Positions 61,131 to 64,000 of a stretch of DNA of 64,000 nt are shown here, in pieces (the stretch's first letter is position 1; each line of letters opens with the position of its first letter). The stretch comes from an uncultured Actinomycetes bacterium (GTDB lineage Bacteria; Actinomycetota; Thermoleophilia; RBG-16-64-13): positions 487,111 to 551,110 of the forward strand of contig CAWFCN010000002.1 in assembly GCA_963814415.1 (NCBI GenBank), in the 5' to 3' direction. The position numbers were made by a program, and so were the translations under genes. The notes under the pieces were generated by a model. The model saw nothing but the letters and a program-made list of their open reading frames with translations, made no database searches and was not told the origin of the DNA.

Positions 61131-64000
61131 ATGCACGCCGTTGACAGCCTGGTTCCTGTTGATACGATGACTCCCGCGGACAAACACACGTTCGCGGAGC
61201 GCCCGCTATGCCGGCCCATGGGGGGAGGTTCGGTGGCAAACGCGCCAGAGGTCTCGGAGAATCAAGCAAGGGCCATGACGGCCCGGCTGGGTCTACCTCA
61301 GACCGGCTTCCTGCTCGACCGCAGACGCCTTCGCCTTGCGGTACAGCCCATCTGCGCTGGAGGGGTCTTGAGTCTGGTGGCCGGCCCCGGCTGCGGCAAG
61401 TCCGCCTTCATCATGGAGCTTCTGTCCTCGGTGGAAGCACGGAGGGTCTTCCTGGCCCTTGACGAGGGTGATCGCGATCCGGCCCGGTTTCTCACCTATC
61501 TGCTCACCAGCCTTGGCGCTCTCGCTCCCGGTTCCAGCAGGGCGCGCTCCTTGGACTGGCCGGGCGCTGAGGGGATGGATGACTCCTTTACCGAACTTAT
61601 TGAGCGCGTCGTGGAGACGATCAAAGAGCAGGCCGGTATGAAGACGTTCTTGGCCATCGACGACCTTCACTTCGTGGACGAGTCGCCCACCGCATCCCTC
61701 GCTATCGAGCTGATCATGCGTAGGCTCCCCGCGACGTGGACGCTCGTCCTGTCATCGCGGCAGCCGCTGTCATCGCGGCTCGACGGACTTGTCACGGGTA
61801 GCCGTCACATCAGACTGGACGCTCGCTCGCTGCGGCTGACCCCGAGCGAGATAGGGGCCTGGGCCAAGGACAATTGGGGGGCCAGTCTTCAACTGGCAGA
61901 CGCAAGGGCCTTGTGGCGGCTGACCCAGGGCTGGCCCGCGGCGCTGGTGTTGTTAGGGCAACGGCTGTTGTCGGCCGGCACGCCGGTGACCCGTCGAGAG
62001 GTCGTAGACGTCATAGCCCAGGGCCGAGACCTACGCACCTACTTGGAGCGCGATATCGTCTCGGGTCTGAGCGCCGGCGCAGCGGAAGTGCTGCTGACCG
62101 CGGGCCTGCTGCCGCGGGTCACACTTCCCCGCGACCGTTGCGTCTTCGCCCACAGCAAGTCCGACTGTGGCGCGGTGCTCGAGGATCTCGTTTCCAAAGG
62201 CTTCCTGGTGACAAGGTTCGGGCGGCACAGCTACGTGGTCCATCCCTTGGTAAGAGCCTTCGCCGAGCGCGAGCTTCTTCGCAGCCGCGAAGGCACCGTC
62301 CTAGCCGAGCAAGTGGCACGACACTTAGAGAAGACCGGGGAGAACTACCACGCCGCTCACCTGTACATGTGCATAGGGCGCTTGGACGAAGCGTGCCGGC
62401 CCCTGCGCCTGCTGGCCCTCGCCTCCTTGAACGCAGCGGCAAGTTTTGCCTGGGAGGAGTGGTCGGGTCTGGCGCCCAAACACGCGGGGGATGAGGGTAC
62501 GCGAAGCCCGTGGCTCCTCGTGGGCAGGGCGAGGGCTCTACAACAGCGGTCGGAGTACCGAGAGGCATCGCAACTCTACGAGACAGCGGCGCGTCTTCTC
62601 TCAGCAGAGGGCGACAGAGAGGGGCTGTTGCTCGCTCTGCTTGGCTCATCCTTCTGCCTGTACATGCATGGTCGCTGGGAGGATAGTCTCGCAGTCTTGA
62701 ACCGCTGCCGCTCCGTCGCGAGGACAGCCGGAGAGAGGGCTGAGGTGTTGGTAGCGGAGGGGCACGTCCTGATCAGCCTCTGTAGGTGGGACGAGGGTGT
62801 GGAGGACTGGGAGAAAGCGATAATCCTAGCGCCGGAAGATCGCCGGGCGTCGCTGATCTCTCGCGTTCATCTGGGGCGCGCCAGATTGTTTCATTCTCTG
62901 GGCCACTACCGGTTGGCGAAGCAGTGGGCCGACAAGGCTACGAGCACCGAAGGTACCCCGAGCCCGGCTACGCGCGTGATGGCTCTGAACGGGGCCTCCT
63001 TGCTCGCGTGTCTTACCGGCGACTACGGGGCGGCAGAGAGACTTGGTGGGGAGTGCCGCCGCTTGGCAGCTGCTCACCGCCTCACTTTCATGGATGGCTC
63101 GTGTCTGCTCGGACAGGCGGACGTCTCCCTGGGCAGGTGGGACTATCGGTCGGCGGTGGTCAAATGCAGAGAGGCCCAGAGACTGGTCGCGAAGACCGGC
63201 GATGCGGAGGGGGCCTACTGGGCCGAGCAGATGTTGGGAGACCTCTGCCGCTGCAACCGCAACTCCGAGCGCGCCCTGCAACACCATCGGGCCGCGCTGG
63301 AGATCGCTCTCACAAATCGCCTGGGTGTGGCGGAGCGCGCCCGGACCCAGGCAGGGCAGGCGATGGACCTCGTGCTGTTGGGCAGGGAATCCGAGGCTCG
63401 AACTGTGCTTGAAGAGACCATTCGTATCAGCCGTCAGTGGGGTCTCAAGGCATCGTTGGTGCCTTCGCTCCTGTACCTAGGATGGCTTCACGCGAAGCAG
63501 GGGCGGGAGCACGAAGCCGCCTGTTGCCTGAGCGAGACGATGCGTGTGGCGGAAGAACACGATCACATCCACTTCTTCAACCAGGAGGCCAGAGTCGCGG
63601 TACCGATCTTTGCTCTGTGCGAAAGGTTCGGGACCGGGGGGTTCTTGAGGGAGAGGGTCATCCCCCTGCTGCCTGCGCGTCTACAGGAGTATTTCTTCGC
63701 TCTGGCTGAGGGGGACATGTACCCGACCGACTGCGTTCTGGGAGCCCCTCGGCGCGGTTCCGGCTCACCCCCCAAGTGGACGGTGGGCGCCGGACCGGCG
63801 GGAGACGACAACGCGCTGGTCGCCGCACGTATCGGCCTGCTCACCGACCGCGAGCGCGAGATCCTCAAAGCAATGTCGGGAGGCATGCCCAACAAGGTCA
63901 TCGGCGCGCGTCTCTTCATCTCCGAAAAGACCGTCAAGACCCACGCCAACCACATCTTCCGCAAGCTGGAGGTCACAAACCGTCTGCAGGCCACTCTGGC
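61131..64000 (+). CDS. LAL/MalT-like large ATP-binding LuxR-family transcriptional regulator; 3' end runs off the window
   Basis: Open frame with no stop from 61029 to the window end, so it is absent from the ORF track. ATG 61131 after GAGAGG. Walker A LVAGPGCGKSAF at ~61370, a long TPR-like middle, and a C-terminal LuxR HTH LTDREREILKAMSGGMPNKVIGARLFISEKTVKTHANHIFRKLEV at 63840-64000. Confidence 0.75.
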   Translation, partial: MHAVDSLVPVDTMTPADKHTFAERPLCRPMGGGSVANAPEVSENQARAMTARLGLPQTGFLLDRRRLRLAVQPICAGGVLSLVAGPGCGKSAFIMELLSSVEARRVFLALDEGDRDPARFLTYLLTSLGALAPGSSRARSLDWPGAEGMDDSFTELIERVVETIKEQAGMKTFLAIDDLHFVDESPTASLAIELIMRRLPATWTLVLSSRQPLSSRLDGLVTGSRHIRLDARSLRLTPSEIGAWAKDNWGASLQLADARALWRLTQGWPAALVLLGQRLLSAGTPVTRREVVDVIAQGRDLRTYLERDIVSGLSAGAAEVLLTAGLLPRVTLPRDRCVFAHSKSDCGAVLEDLVSKGFLVTRFGRHSYVVHPLVRAFAERELLRSREGTVLAEQVARHLEKTGENYHAAHLYMCIGRLDEACRPLRLLALASLNAAASFAWEEWSGLAPKHAGDEGTRSPWLLVGRARALQQRSEYREASQLYETAARLLSAEGDREGLLLALLGSSFCLYMHGRWEDSLAVLNRCRSVARTAGERAEVLVAEGHVLISLCRWDEGVEDWEKAIILAPEDRRASLISRVHLGRARLFHSLGHYRLAKQWADKATSTEGTPSPATRVMALNGASLLACLTGDYGAAERLGGECRRLAAAHRLTFMDGSCLLGQADVSLGRWDYRSAVVKCREAQRLVAKTGDAEGAYWAEQMLGDLCRCNRNSERALQHHRAALEIALTNRLGVAERARTQAGQAMDLVLLGRESEARTVLEETIRISRQWGLKASLVPSLLYLGWLHAKQGREHEAACCLSETMRVAEEHDHIHFFNQEARVAVPIFALCERFGTGGFLRERVIPLLPARLQEYFFALAEGDMYPTDCVLGAPRRGSGSPPKWTVGAGPAGDDNALVAARIGLLTDREREILKAMSGGMPNKVIGARLFISEKTVKTHANHIFRKLEVTNRLQATL

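Noticed and set aside
61293-63994. Multiple 60-210 aa ORFs on both strands (e.g. 61874..62494+, 62119..62649-, 62786..63412+, 63563..63994-) within 61131..64000
   Set aside because: All lie in alternative frames of a long uninterrupted frame encoding a Walker-A/TPR/LuxR-HTH regulator. Their translations are R/G/P-rich junk.

Overview
The window looks like the replication-origin region of a high-GC (~63-65%) bacterial chromosome; Shine-Dalgarno motifs of the GGAGG type and GTG/TTG starts are frequent. The minus strand carries the classic block rpmH-rnpA-yidD-yidC-jag-rsmG-parA-parB. A cluster of DnaA boxes lies between rpmH and dnaA, and the plus strand carries dnaA-dnaN-yaaA(S4)-recF-dciA(DUF721)-gyrB-gyrA. 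A second group of reversed DnaA boxes and an AT-rich unwinding element sit in the dnaA-dnaN spacer, which suggests a bipartite oriC. A gene for a GHKL-ATPase plus winged-helix protein sits between the upstream DnaA-box cluster and dnaA. rsmG carries two apparent frameshifts and parA one, all within about 800 bp. A perfect parS site lies upstream of rsmG. Other content: a moeA 5' end, a FlgM-like ORF, an M28-like membrane protein, corA, a YdiJ-like FAD/Fe-S oxidase, and a fumAB(class I)-sdhCDAB-tautomerase operon. Further genes are trpS, a cyclase, a DUF72 protein, trpB2, rlmN, cobA, a Roadblock/LC7 pair, a SIMPL protein, a YugP-like peptidase, a degenerate CbiA-like protein and chorismate mutase. 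A tRNA-Ile(GAT)/tRNA-Ala(TGC) pair is followed by a degenerate-GGDEF membrane protein, ddl, an amidohydrolase and larB. Next comes a translationally coupled surface-glycan cluster (DUF4330, Wzy-like, GT26, GT4, GT4), followed by two large secreted proteins. One has a SpoIID/LytB domain and the other a CAP/YkwD domain; both carry tandem copies of the same uncharacterised ~130-aa module. This is the most novel-looking system in the window. The window ends with ymdB, a DUF1015 gene, osmC, phoA, a tail-less SSB and a partial LAL/LuxR regulator. Coordinates of small motifs were counted by hand and may be off by a few bases.
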